From Treponema sp. (GTDB lineage: Bacteria > Spirochaetota > Spirochaetia > Treponematales > Treponemataceae): a stretch of 64,000 nt of DNA. The stretch is from NCBI GenBank assembly GCA_036300185.1, contig JAXJGY010000051.1, positions 44,693 through 108,692 of the forward strand. Direction: 5' to 3'. The notes beneath the pieces were generated by a model, which was not told the origin of the DNA, searched no databases, and saw only the letters and a list, made by a program, of their open reading frames with translations. Shown here one piece after another: positions 38,692 to 47,037 of this stretch (its first letter is position 1; the number at the start of each line of letters is the position of its first letter). Both the position numbers and the translations under genes were made by a program.

Positions 38692-40656
38692 ATGAATATG
38701 AAGGGCTTGGAGGCCACTGCGCTCTCTATCCGCAGTTTATCTATGGACGCAATTCAAAAGGCTAAGTCTGGTCACCCTGGACTTCCTCTTGGTTGTGCAG
38801 AATTGGCAGCTGTATTGTATGGTGAAGTGATGAAGCATAATCCTGCCGATTCAAGCTGGGTAGACAGAGATCGTTTCTTGCTTTCTGCTGGACATGGTTC
38901 CATGCTTTTGTATTCTATTCTTCATATTAGTGGTTACAAGGTAACCATGGATGATGTAAAATCCTTCCGCCAGATTGGTTCCCATTGTCCTGGACACCCT
39001 GAGTTTGGTGACACAGACGGTGTTGAATGTACCAGTGGTCCTCTGGGACAGGGAATTGCAGTGGCTGTTGGTGAGGCTATGGCAGAAACAATGCTTGCTG
39101 CTCGTTTTAACACTGCTGAACACAAGGTTGTTGATCACTACACCTACGCCTTAGTTGGTGAAGGCTGCTTGATGGAAGGTGTTTCTGCAGAAGCTTCCAG
39201 TTTGGCTGGTCACTTAAAGCTGGGCAAATTGATTGTATTCTACGACGAGAACAAAATCAGTATTGATGGTTCCACAGACATTACCTTTACCGAGGATATT
39301 GCTGGCCGCTACAAGGCTTACGGTTGGCAGGTTTTGGCTGGCGATATGTACGATATGGCTGGAATTGCCAAGCTGGTAGAAGAAGCCAAGGCTGAAACTG
39401 ACAAGCCTACCTTGATTATGCTGAAGTCTGTTATTGGAAAGGGTTCTCCTGTAGCTGGAACTTCTACTGCCCACGGTGCTCCTTTGGGAGATGAAAATAT
39501 TGTAAAGGCAAAGAATGAGTTGGGACTGGATCCTGAAAAGACCTTCTACGTAGTGCCAGAAGCCTATGACTATTTCAAGGCTCGTGGTGCTGAATTTGCT
39601 CAATCTCAATCTGACTGGAACAAGACCTTTGAAGCTTGGTCTGCTGCAAATCCAGACCTGAGAAAGCTGTGGGACGATATGCATTCTTGGAATGTGGCTA
39701 ACATGGAGCTGCCTAGCTACAAGGTGGGAGATTCCTTGGCAACACGTGCAGCCTCTGGAAAGGCTCTGCCTGTTATGGCAAAGGCTTGTCCTGCTTTGGT
39801 TGGTGGTTCTGCTGACTTGGAAGGCCCCAATTCCACAGCATTGAAGGATTACGGCGTATATACCGTTGATAATCGAGAGGGACGTACCATCCGCTTTGGT
39901 ATCCGTGAGTTCGCCATGGCAGCTATTAGTTCTGGTATTACCCTCCACGGTGGATTGCGTGGATTCTGTGCCACCTTTGCTGTTTTTGCTGACTACGAGC
40001 GACCAGCTCTCCGTGTAGCTTCCTTGATGAAGCTGCCCGTTATCTATATCTTGACCCACGACTCCATCTTTGTTGGTGAAGACGGACCCACCCACCAGCC
40101 TATTGAAACATTGGCTTCCTTGCGGGGAATTCCTGGTGTACAGGTTTTGCGTCCTGCTGATGCAGAGGAAACCAACGAAGCCTGGAAGATGGCAATGGAA
40201 TCAAAAGACCATCCCGTTTGCTTGTTGTTGAGCCGCCAGAATCTGACTGTATTTGAAAAGGCTGATGCCGACTGGAAGAACACCATTAAGTGCGGTGGAT
40301 ATGTTGCACGAAAGGGTGCTGACACACCAGATATTACCATTGTAGCTACTGGTTCCGAGGTGGAAATGGCTTTGAAGGCAGCCGACATGGTAGAAGGAAA
40401 GAGAATTCGTGTTGTTTCAATTATGGACAGAGAGCTGTTCTTGAGCCAGCCTAAGGCTATCCGTGACACCATCCTTGGTAATGCTCCTCGTGTGGTGGTG
40501 GCAGAGGCTGGAATTAAGATGGGCTGGGAAGCTGTGGCTACCAGTCAGGAGGACTTGTTCTGTTTGAATGGCTTTGGTGCTTCTGGTCCTGCTGCAAAGG
40601 TTGCCGAGCACTTTGGCTTTACTGCAGAAAAGCTTGCTGAAGTTTTGAAGAAATAA
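38692..40656 (+). CDS. tkt: Transketolase
   Basis: 654 aa with SGHPGLPLGCAE, ThDP motif GEGCLMEGVSAEASSLAGHL, and GEDGPTHQPIE. Confidence 0.96.
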   Translation: MNMKGLEATALSIRSLSMDAIQKAKSGHPGLPLGCAELAAVLYGEVMKHNPADSSWVDRDRFLLSAGHGSMLLYSILHISGYKVTMDDVKSFRQIGSHCPGHPEFGDTDGVECTSGPLGQGIAVAVGEAMAETMLAARFNTAEHKVVDHYTYALVGEGCLMEGVSAEASSLAGHLKLGKLIVFYDENKISIDGSTDITFTEDIAGRYKAYGWQVLAGDMYDMAGIAKLVEEAKAETDKPTLIMLKSVIGKGSPVAGTSTAHGAPLGDENIVKAKNELGLDPEKTFYVVPEAYDYFKARGAEFAQSQSDWNKTFEAWSAANPDLRKLWDDMHSWNVANMELPSYKVGDSLATRAASGKALPVMAKACPALVGGSADLEGPNSTALKDYGVYTVDNREGRTIRFGIREFAMAAISSGITLHGGLRGFCATFAVFADYERPALRVASLMKLPVIYILTHDSIFVGEDGPTHQPIETLASLRGIPGVQVLRPADAEETNEAWKMAMESKDHPVCLLLSRQNLTVFEKADADWKNTIKCGGYVARKGADTPDITIVATGSEVEMALKAADMVEGKRIRVVSIMDRELFLSQPKAIRDTILGNAPRVVVAEAGIKMGWEAVATSQEDLFCLNGFGASGPAAKVAEHFGFTAEKLAEVLKK

Positions 40657-40730
40657 GCAGGGAAAAGGCTCTGGGAACTGGTTTTATGAGCTGGTTCTCA
40701 GAAATTGTTTCCGAGACTAAAACCAAAAGA

Positions 40731-40775
40731 AAACACCTGTTAAACTACATGTGAGTTTAGCAGGTGTTTTTTTTG
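40731..40775 (+). terminator. Rho-independent terminator of tkt
   Basis: AAACACCTGTTAAACT-acatgtg-AGTTTAGCAGGTGTTT followed by TTTTTTT. Confidence 0.85.
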
Positions 40776-40823
40776 AATCCAAGAAGCTGGAAAATGATTT
40801 ATGCTTGCGACTTTTTTGTTAAG

Positions 40824-41549
40824 CTATAGCTCAGGCATAAAGCTCGGCATAAGCAGCAGCTTAAATTGATTGATTTTGTGTAAATGGTCAATGCGAGCCT
40901 TGGTGGCTTGGTTTTCGATGACACCAGTGCGGATGTATTTATCTAGCTCGGCATAGGTAAAGCCTAGGTTGTCTTCGTCGGTTTTGCCACAAAGCCCGTC
41001 GATGGGAACCTTTTCTACCAAGTCTTGAGGTAAGCCTGCTGCTTGGCCCACAGCCTTTACCTCCTGTACTGTAAGGTTGCACAAGGGACTAAAGTCACCA
41101 GCTGCATCGCCGTAGCGGGTAGAATAGCCAACCCAGTCCTCCGAAAGATTACAGGTATTGGCAACTCTTCCGTTAAAGCTTTGGGAAACGGCATAAAGAG
41201 TTGTCATGCGGAGGCGGGGAAAGAGATTTATGGTGCTTTGCTGAGAAAGTTCAAAGGGAATCTGTTTTTTAAGTCCTTCTGCTGCATCTTGAATATTTAC
41301 TTCAAAGTGGCGGATTCCCAGATGGTGTACTAGCTTGTAGGCCATGTCAATGTCATGCTGCTGGCCACAGGGCATAAGTACTCCAATAACCCGCTCCTTT
41401 CCAAGAGCTTCTACACAAAGGGCTGCAACAACGGAGCTGTCCTTTCCTCCAGAAATGCCAACAACAGCATTACAATCCTTGCCGTTTTCTTCAAAAAACT
41501 TACGAATCCATGCAACACAATCGTCTTTTATTTTTTGTGGGTCAAACAT
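40824..41549 (-). CDS. nadE: NH3-dependent NAD+ synthetase
   Basis: PP-loop GISGGKDSSVVAAL; 241 aa. Confidence 0.88.
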   Translation of the reverse strand: MFDPQKIKDDCVAWIRKFFEENGKDCNAVVGISGGKDSSVVAALCVEALGKERVIGVLMPCGQQHDIDMAYKLVHHLGIRHFEVNIQDAAEGLKKQIPFELSQQSTINLFPRLRMTTLYAVSQSFNGRVANTCNLSEDWVGYSTRYGDAAGDFSPLCNLTVQEVKAVGQAAGLPQDLVEKVPIDGLCGKTDEDNLGFTYAELDKYIRTGVIENQATKARIDHLHKINQFKLLLMPSFMPEL

Positions 41550-42525
41550 CTACTTTCCTTCCTTTTTTGCTGCGAATCCATGAGAATAGCATCAACAAAA
41601 ATCCACCAGCAATCATCAGCAAACAAAGAATTTGCCCTGTGGAAATATTGAACCAAGAGGTATTCATGTAGGTTGGTGTTCCAGAAACTGCCTGAATTCT
41701 GTAGCCAAGATCAATATCTGGTTCACGAAAATATTCGATGAAAAACCGAAATAATCCGTAGCCAATGGTGTAAAGAGCTGTGATAAAGCCTGTAAAAGGC
41801 TTGTGTTTTCTAAGGCTCCACAGGATGAATCCAAGAATAATTCCTTCAAATAGGGCTTCGTAAAGCTGGCTGGGGTGGCGGGGTAAATTGACTAACTTTT
41901 GTCCTTCTTCAAGAACCATTCCTGCTTTTGTGGCAAATTCCTGTACCCAAGGAAGTGAGACTGAAAATTGCTGTGCTTGGGGAAAAACCATTCCCCAGGG
42001 CATGGTGGTAATGCGACCAAAAAGCTCTCCATTCAAGAAATTTCCCAAGCGGCCAAAGGTATAGCCAAAGGCAACTGCAATGGCCATTGCATCTACCCAT
42101 TGGAGAATAGGGCGTTTTTTTCGTAGACACCAAAAAATCAAGCCGATAAAGCCACCAATAAATCCACCGTGGTAGGACATTCCAGCAAGGCCAGTGAATT
42201 GTCCAGCTTCGTTAAAGGGCCAAAAAATAAGCCAAGGCTTTTTCCAATACAAGCCAGAGGTGTCATACACCAAGGTGGAAAAAACTCTTGCTCCAATCAG
42301 CAAAAAGATAATGCCTGTAGCAATGAAGCTAAATAAATCATCTTCATTGGCAGTGTAGTCGGAAGTGTTTAATGCTCCTTCCTTCATAAGTCGCTTCAAT
42401 AGGAGGTAGGCTGTTCCAAAGGCAAAGATATACATCAAGCCATACCAACGAATAAGGCCAAGAACAGGAACACCAGGGAAAATTTCTGGATGAATCCAAG
42501 AGGGATAGTTCAAGTAAAGTGGCAT
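41542..42525 (-). CDS. lgt: Prolipoprotein diacylglyceryl transferase
   Basis: IRWYGLMYIFAFG, GMSYHGGFIGGFIG, FGRLGNFLNGELFGR. Confidence 0.9.
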   Translation of the reverse strand: MPLYLNYPSWIHPEIFPGVPVLGLIRWYGLMYIFAFGTAYLLLKRLMKEGALNTSDYTANEDDLFSFIATGIIFLLIGARVFSTLVYDTSGLYWKKPWLIFWPFNEAGQFTGLAGMSYHGGFIGGFIGLIFWCLRKKRPILQWVDAMAIAVAFGYTFGRLGNFLNGELFGRITTMPWGMVFPQAQQFSVSLPWVQEFATKAGMVLEEGQKLVNLPRHPSQLYEALFEGIILGFILWSLRKHKPFTGFITALYTIGYGLFRFFIEYFREPDIDLGYRIQAVSGTPTYMNTSWFNISTGQILCLLMIAGGFLLMLFSWIRSKKGRKVDV

Positions 42526-42537
42526 GTATAAAATCCT

Positions 42538-43671
42538 TTACAGTTTAAAACCCTGAGCGGCTGCCTTTAGCAGTTTAGACTTCAGTAGCTGATTTTCCTT
42601 GCGAAGCTGAGTTAAATCATATTGCTGAGACTTGATGATTTCTGTTAAGTCTCCAGTGGTAAGAGCTCCACTTCCCAGTAGATCTTCCACGTAAGACATC
42701 TTTGTTTCCAAATCCTCGGCGGCTTCTGCTTCTGCCTGTTCAAAGCTATCTACGGCATTGTCAAAGGTTAAGGTTTGAGAAGCAATTATTTTGTCTGCAA
42801 TGCGGTAGATTGACTGTGCCAACAGGGATTGAGGCTTGTACACGATGATGGGAAGCCGTGATTCCAGTGCCTTATCCTGTAAGCTGTCACGATAGATAAT
42901 ACCAAGATGCTCCAGCTCTAGTCCCAGATATTCGTTACAGGATCGGCGAATTTTCATGGATTTGTCTGCATCACGTGGCTCGTCAATCATGTTCAGTACA
43001 AGCCGTGGTCTAAATTGATTCATACGATGCTTGAACAAGGCGGCACTTTGTGGGTCAATGGCGGCGATATTTTCCACCAGCTTGGGAATATAGAGCCGCT
43101 GCAAGGAGGTGGCATCTGATTTCAGCTGCTCCAAATAATTGTAAGCCTTGGAATTTTTCTTGAAGGTGTTGTACATCATGCGGAATACTGCATTTTTCAA
43201 GAAGAGGTAGCCGTTCAAGGTGGCGGTAACGGTGGGAGCTGTCACTACAATTCCCTGGGGAGAAAGAAGGAATAAATCCAAAATAGTAAGATGGGTTCCA
43301 GCTCCCAAGTCTAAAATCAAATAGTCTGCATCAAGCTTCTGGAGCTTTTTAATTAAGTCGTTCTTCTGGCTGATTTTTAAGGCAGTAAGTCCAGGAATTT
43401 CAGAGTCTCCAGGAATAAAACGTACGTTCTTGTATTCCGACTCCAGAATAATGTCCTCAAACTTTGCCTGTCCAGACAAATATGTTCCTATACCTTGCTT
43501 GGGAGCCTGATGGCCAATAACAAGGTGCAGGTTTGAGGCACCTAAATCCAAGTCTGCCAGAATAACCTTTTTATCGGCCTGGCCGAGGGCAATGGCTAAG
43601 TTTGCTGAGATAAGGCTTTTGCCCACACCACCTTTACCACTGGCTATTGGAATTATCTGCATGAATTTCAT
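42538..43671 (-). CDS. MinD/ParA-family P-loop ATPase with a ~90-aa coiled C-terminal extension
   Basis: Deviant Walker A IASGKGGVGKS and DLDLGASNLH. Start is 43671 or 43662 (MQIIPIASG); overlaps the upstream membrane-protein gene. Confidence 0.75.
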   Translation of the reverse strand: MKFMQIIPIASGKGGVGKSLISANLAIALGQADKKVILADLDLGASNLHLVIGHQAPKQGIGTYLSGQAKFEDIILESEYKNVRFIPGDSEIPGLTALKISQKNDLIKKLQKLDADYLILDLGAGTHLTILDLFLLSPQGIVVTAPTVTATLNGYLFLKNAVFRMMYNTFKKNSKAYNYLEQLKSDATSLQRLYIPKLVENIAAIDPQSAALFKHRMNQFRPRLVLNMIDEPRDADKSMKIRRSCNEYLGLELEHLGIIYRDSLQDKALESRLPIIVYKPQSLLAQSIYRIADKIIASQTLTFDNAVDSFEQAEAEAAEDLETKMSYVEDLLGSGALTTGDLTEIIKSQQYDLTQLRKENQLLKSKLLKAAAQGFKL

Positions 43672-44095
43672 CTCCCTGGTCTTGCTGTGATTCTTCTTCC
43701 TTATCTTTATCTAAAAGGAAGATTAATCCTAGTATAACATCTATCAGTAAAAATATCAGTAAAATTCCCATTCGTTTCAAGGAATAATAACCGGTAAGTT
43801 TAGCATGCTCAAAGGCAGGAACAAGGGCCACCTTCATAAAGGGAAAAAAGCCTGCAATAGAAAGAAATTTACTATAGGCATAGATTCTACCGTAGACTTT
43901 TTTTTCTTCTTCTTGTTGTGCTTGGTAGATAAAAAAGACTAAAACCAAGGGAAGAATCAACAATGGGGCTGCCATATACCAAGAGGCAGGGAGCATATCA
44001 ATGTTGAATTCTGGACGAAAGGTAAAGATAAAAAAGAGTCTCAAGATTTCGTAACAAATGAACAGAAATCGTTTTAGAGGAATAGTTTCTTTCAT
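43634..44095 (-). CDS. Hypothetical four-TM membrane protein with an acidic tail
   Basis: 153 aa with four hydrophobic segments and C-terminal DKDKEEESQQDQGDE; overlaps the MinD-like gene by ~30-40 nt. Confidence 0.45.
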   Translation of the reverse strand: MKETIPLKRFLFICYEILRLFFIFTFRPEFNIDMLPASWYMAAPLLILPLVLVFFIYQAQQEEEKKVYGRIYAYSKFLSIAGFFPFMKVALVPAFEHAKLTGYYSLKRMGILLIFLLIDVILGLIFLLDKDKEEESQQDQGDEIHADNSNSQW

Positions 44096-44138
44096 ATTAA
44101 AAAAGTGTACGGAAAGGAAGAATAATAGTCAAGGTAGA

Positions 44139-44987
44139 CTAATTGATAGTAATGATGCTCCGTGGCGGCACCGATTCCGTTACCCAAGTATTACCACCGA
44201 TAATGCTGCCTTTCCCAATGACAGTATCGCCTCCAAGAATGGTTGCTCCTGCATAGATGGTAACATTATCCTCGATGGTGGGGTGACGCTTACAGCAGCG
44301 TTGTTCCTTGTGCACACTTAATGCTCCCAGGGTAACTCCTTGGTACAGCTTTACATTGTTGCCAATGATGGTGGTTTCACCCACAACCACACCAGTTCCG
44401 TGGTCAATAAAGAAGGCCTCGCCAATGGTGGCTCCTGGGTGAATGTCGATGCCAGTTTTACCGTGGATATATTCACTCATAATGCGAGGAATAATGGGAA
44501 CACCGTTTTGGTGTAGCTCGTGGGCAATGCGGTGTACAGCGATGGCTTCGATTCCAGGGTAGGAAAGAATGATTTCCTCTGTGGAACCAGCGGCAGGATC
44601 ACCCTTAAGGGCAGAATCAATATCCAGAATAATCTTTCTGCGAATTTCTGGAATCTGTTCAACTAAGGCGATGGCAGTTTTTTCCGCCAGCTTTGTACAA
44701 GCAGACTGCTCCAGTCCCCGCTGACGGCACAGGTACAGGGTTGCCTTTTTAATTTCTCCTGTAAGTCCGGTAATAATTCTGTTTACTCTAGCACCTGTTA
44801 CATACCGAAGGTTATCTTCTGCCAGCTGCTCCACGGTTCTAAAGCCGGGAAAAATCAAGGTAAGGATTTCCACAAGCACATCGATAACGTTCTGCCGATT
44901 GGGAAAGCTCTGGGCATTGCTCAGATTGATGCAGCCATATTCATTGTATGAAGCTAATATATTAGAAATGAGATTGTCAGTTGTCAT
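44139..44987 (-). CDS. cysE: Serine O-acetyltransferase (long-N-terminus type)
   Basis: Hexapeptide-repeat core DIHPGATIGEAFFIDHGTGVVVGETTIIGNNVKLYQGVTLGA; ATG 44987 preferred over track TTG 44999. Confidence 0.85.
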   Translation of the reverse strand: MTTDNLISNILASYNEYGCINLSNAQSFPNRQNVIDVLVEILTLIFPGFRTVEQLAEDNLRYVTGARVNRIITGLTGEIKKATLYLCRQRGLEQSACTKLAEKTAIALVEQIPEIRRKIILDIDSALKGDPAAGSTEEIILSYPGIEAIAVHRIAHELHQNGVPIIPRIMSEYIHGKTGIDIHPGATIGEAFFIDHGTGVVVGETTIIGNNVKLYQGVTLGALSVHKEQRCCKRHPTIEDNVTIYAGATILGGDTVIGKGSIIGGNTWVTESVPPRSIITIN

Positions 44988-45047
44988 AATCTGGTACAAA
45001 TATAACGGATTTCGGGAAGTTGGACAATGAGCCTGTTACAAACAGAG

Positions 45048-45914
45048 TTATTTTTCCCAAGGAGCAAAATCAGCGATGGCTTGAACCTTTTCGCAAGCAT
45101 CGTTATAACCAGCTTCGTAGAGTCGTTGCAGGGCTTGCTGATTTTTTGACAGACGGCCAATTACCACCTCTGGTGCGGGGCGGAATACAAAGGCTTTTCC
45201 TTCCTGCTCCAGTTGCTGAATGTAGTCCAAGGTTTCGTTGTATTTTTGCCAGCGCTGCAGGTTTGTTTCGATGAGGGCAGGATATTTTTTGTACATGAAC
45301 CGCAGTGCTTTTTCCGTGGAACTGGAAACAGGCTTTTTTCGATAGCCTGCTGGTTGGGTCAAGATGATAATGTGCTTGGTGTGGCCATCCTTTTCTGCCT
45401 GACGAACAGGAATTGAATCTGAAATGCCTCCGTCGAACCAGTCAACGCCGTGGATGGTAACAGGCTTACCGATGATGGGCAGGGAAGATGAGGCTTCTAG
45501 CCACAGAAGGGCTGCTTCTGGGGAATCGGGGCAGATATAGTGGGCTTCTCCTGTGGTGGCCTTGGTGGATACCACGTAGAATTTGCGATTTTCGTTCTGA
45601 TTCTGGAAAAAGGTATACCAATCTACACAATCGTTGGCGGGAATGGTGCGGAAGATGTAGTCAAAGCCAAAGTAGGTACCATGACGAAGGAGACACAGAG
45701 GGCCTGAATAACTAGCTTTTTCTACGTGATTTACATTGACCCGTCGGGCCCTGTCAAACTGACGAGAAATATAGGATAAGGCATGACAAGAGCCTGCACT
45801 GACGCCGTAAGTGTTGTTCCAGTACATGTTCCGCTGGATAAAGCAATCAAGGATGCCGGCTGCATACATGCCACGCATTCCGCCACCCTCTACGATAACT
45901 GAAATTTTTTCCAT
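45048..45914 (-). CDS. Patatin-like phospholipase
   Basis: Oxyanion GGGMRGMY, nucleophile elbow GVSAGS, and a catalytic Asp region (WFDGGISDSIP). Confidence 0.85.
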   Translation of the reverse strand: MEKISVIVEGGGMRGMYAAGILDCFIQRNMYWNNTYGVSAGSCHALSYISRQFDRARRVNVNHVEKASYSGPLCLLRHGTYFGFDYIFRTIPANDCVDWYTFFQNQNENRKFYVVSTKATTGEAHYICPDSPEAALLWLEASSSLPIIGKPVTIHGVDWFDGGISDSIPVRQAEKDGHTKHIIILTQPAGYRKKPVSSSTEKALRFMYKKYPALIETNLQRWQKYNETLDYIQQLEQEGKAFVFRPAPEVVIGRLSKNQQALQRLYEAGYNDACEKVQAIADFAPWEK

Positions 45915-45920
45915 GGGAGT

Positions 45921-45929
45921 ATTGTATCA
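45921..45929 (-). promoter_or_regulatory. Extended -10 TGaTACAAT 6 nt upstream of the patatin ATG (candidate leaderless promoter)
   Basis: Minus strand reads gTGaTACAAT-actccc-ATG; no SD. Confidence 0.4.
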
Positions 45930-46002
45930 CAGGACGGGAAGGAAGTCACCCTGTTGCCAGTAAGACCCTTGGGGGCTCCCGCACTTTTGCAGGGGCAAAA
46001 GT

Positions 46003-46217
46003 GAGACTCGCTAAAATTGCTCAATATATCGCAATTTTCCGGCTTTACAGCCGTCGCTCCCTATCTACCCAGAGTATAGCCCACTGAACGAAAGAGTGGG
46101 TGGAGGATGCCAGCGGGTGCCTACCGATGCCGCCCTCTGAGCGAAGCGAAGTGTAAGGCAGCGGTGGGCTGCTGGCAACCTCCACCGCTTTTAATTTCAT
46201 TGAACCTATGCTATACT
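46003..46217. repeat. ~215-bp structured direct repeat, copy A (~95% identical to 46817-47030)
   Basis: gagactcgctaaaattgctcaatatatcgcaattttccggc...ggtggagg...cctccaccgcttttaatttcattgaacctatgctatact. Contains at least 4 hairpins and ends in a promoter. Confidence 0.9.
46209..46217 (+). promoter_or_regulatory. Extended -10 TGcTATACT 6 nt upstream of the antitoxin ATG (candidate leaderless promoter)
   Basis: aTGcTATACT-ttaccc-ATG(46224); no SD. Confidence 0.45.
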
Positions 46218-46223
46218 TTACCC

Positions 46224-46439
46224 ATGGAGTACAATGTAAATTTCACTTGGGATGAAGAAGCCTGTGTCTGGATTGCCCAAAGCGATGATATTCCCGGATT
46301 AGTTCTGGAAAGTGGTTCTTTGGATGCACTTATTGAGCGTGTCCGTTTTGCAGCTCCAGAATTAATTGAACTCAACAAAACTCCTCCAATTCACTCATTT
46401 TTCTTCAGTGTTCAACGACACGAAACGGTATTAGCATAA
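46224..46439 (+). CDS. DUF1902/HicB-like antitoxin candidate
   Basis: MEYNVNFTWDEEACVWIAQSDDIPGLVLESGSLDALIERVRFAAPELIELN matches my memory of DUF1902. The track ORF 46107 N-terminal extension lies in the repeat and is rejected. TAATG overlap with the next gene. Confidence 0.6.
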   Translation: MEYNVNFTWDEEACVWIAQSDDIPGLVLESGSLDALIERVRFAAPELIELNKTPPIHSFFFSVQRHETVLA

Positions 46440-46633
46440 TGGCAGAATACGAAAAACGTGTTCGAGAAATTCTCCTTCTAAATGGGTGCTATTTTGTACG
46501 CCACGGTAAAGGTGATCACGACATTTATTATAGTCCAATTACAAACCGCAATTTTACTGTAGATTCAAAGATAAAATCACGCCATACCGCCAATGCCATC
46601 ATGAAGCAAAGCGGTATCAATCATCATTTTTAA
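46439..46633 (+). CDS. HicA-family mRNA-interferase toxin candidate
   Basis: 64 aa; ...GCYFVRHGKGDHDIYYSPITNRNFTVDSKIKSRHTANAIMKQSGI follows the HicA pattern G-x-H...P...TVP...K.aGl. Confidence 0.6.
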   Translation: MAEYEKRVREILLLNGCYFVRHGKGDHDIYYSPITNRNFTVDSKIKSRHTANAIMKQSGINHHF

Positions 46634-46683
46634 TATTATCTTTAGGGGGAGGGAACCCCTCTACTGGTCAGCGGGGTTTTCCC

Positions 46684-46876
46684 GCGGTTTCGCAGGGGCA
46701 AGGCGTGCAAGCACGCACCGAGACTCGCTAAAATTGCTCAATATATCGCAATTTTCCGGCTTACAGCCGTCGCTCCACAGGCGGTTTCGCAGGGGCAAGG
46801 CGTGCAAGCACGCACCGAGACTCGCTAAAATCGCTCAATATATCGCGATTTTCCGGCTTGTAGCCGTCGCTCCCTA
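46684..46876. repeat. Tandem duplication, 2 x 97 bp
   Basis: Units start at 46684 and 46781: gcggtttcgcaggggcaaggcgtgcaagcacgcaccgagactcgctaaaatYgctcaatatatcgcRattttccggctt..agccgtcgctcc. Confidence 0.85.
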
Positions 46877-47030
46877 TCTATCCAGAGTATAGCCCACTGA
46901 ACGAAAGAGTGGGTGGAGGAGGCCAGCGGGTACCTACCGATGCCGCCCTCTGAGCGAAGCGAAGTGTAAGGCAGCGGTGGGCTGCTGACATCCTCCACCG
47001 CTTTTAATTTCATTGAACCTATGCTATACT
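46817..47030. repeat. ~215-bp structured direct repeat, copy B
   Basis: Aligns end-to-end with 46003-46217 with one indel and ~10 substitutions. Confidence 0.9.
47022..47030 (+). promoter_or_regulatory. Extended -10 TGcTATACT 7 nt upstream of the DTW-gene GTG
   Basis: aTGcTATACT-ccatccc-GTG(47038). An in-frame TGA at 47014 excludes upstream starts; no SD. Confidence 0.4.
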
Positions 47031-47037
47031 CCATCCC

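Noticed and set aside
39214-40095. 293-aa track ORF on the minus strand inside tkt (also 40044-40472 and 38851-39138)
   Set aside because: It is fully antisense to the strongly conserved transketolase frame. Its composition is Ser/Gly/Thr-biased, typical of antisense shadows, with no start context.
46107-46223. N-terminal 39-aa extension of the antitoxin ORF (MPAGAYRCRPLSEAKCK...)
   Set aside because: It lies entirely within the non-coding structured repeat, whose second copy precedes an unrelated gene. The DUF1902-like sequence begins at MEYNVNF (46224).
45960-47037. Integron attC sites or a CRISPR array as explanation for the repeats around the TA pair
   Set aside because: There are no RYYYAAC/GTTRRRY core sites, no integrase, only one cassette, and no regular short repeat-spacer periodicity.
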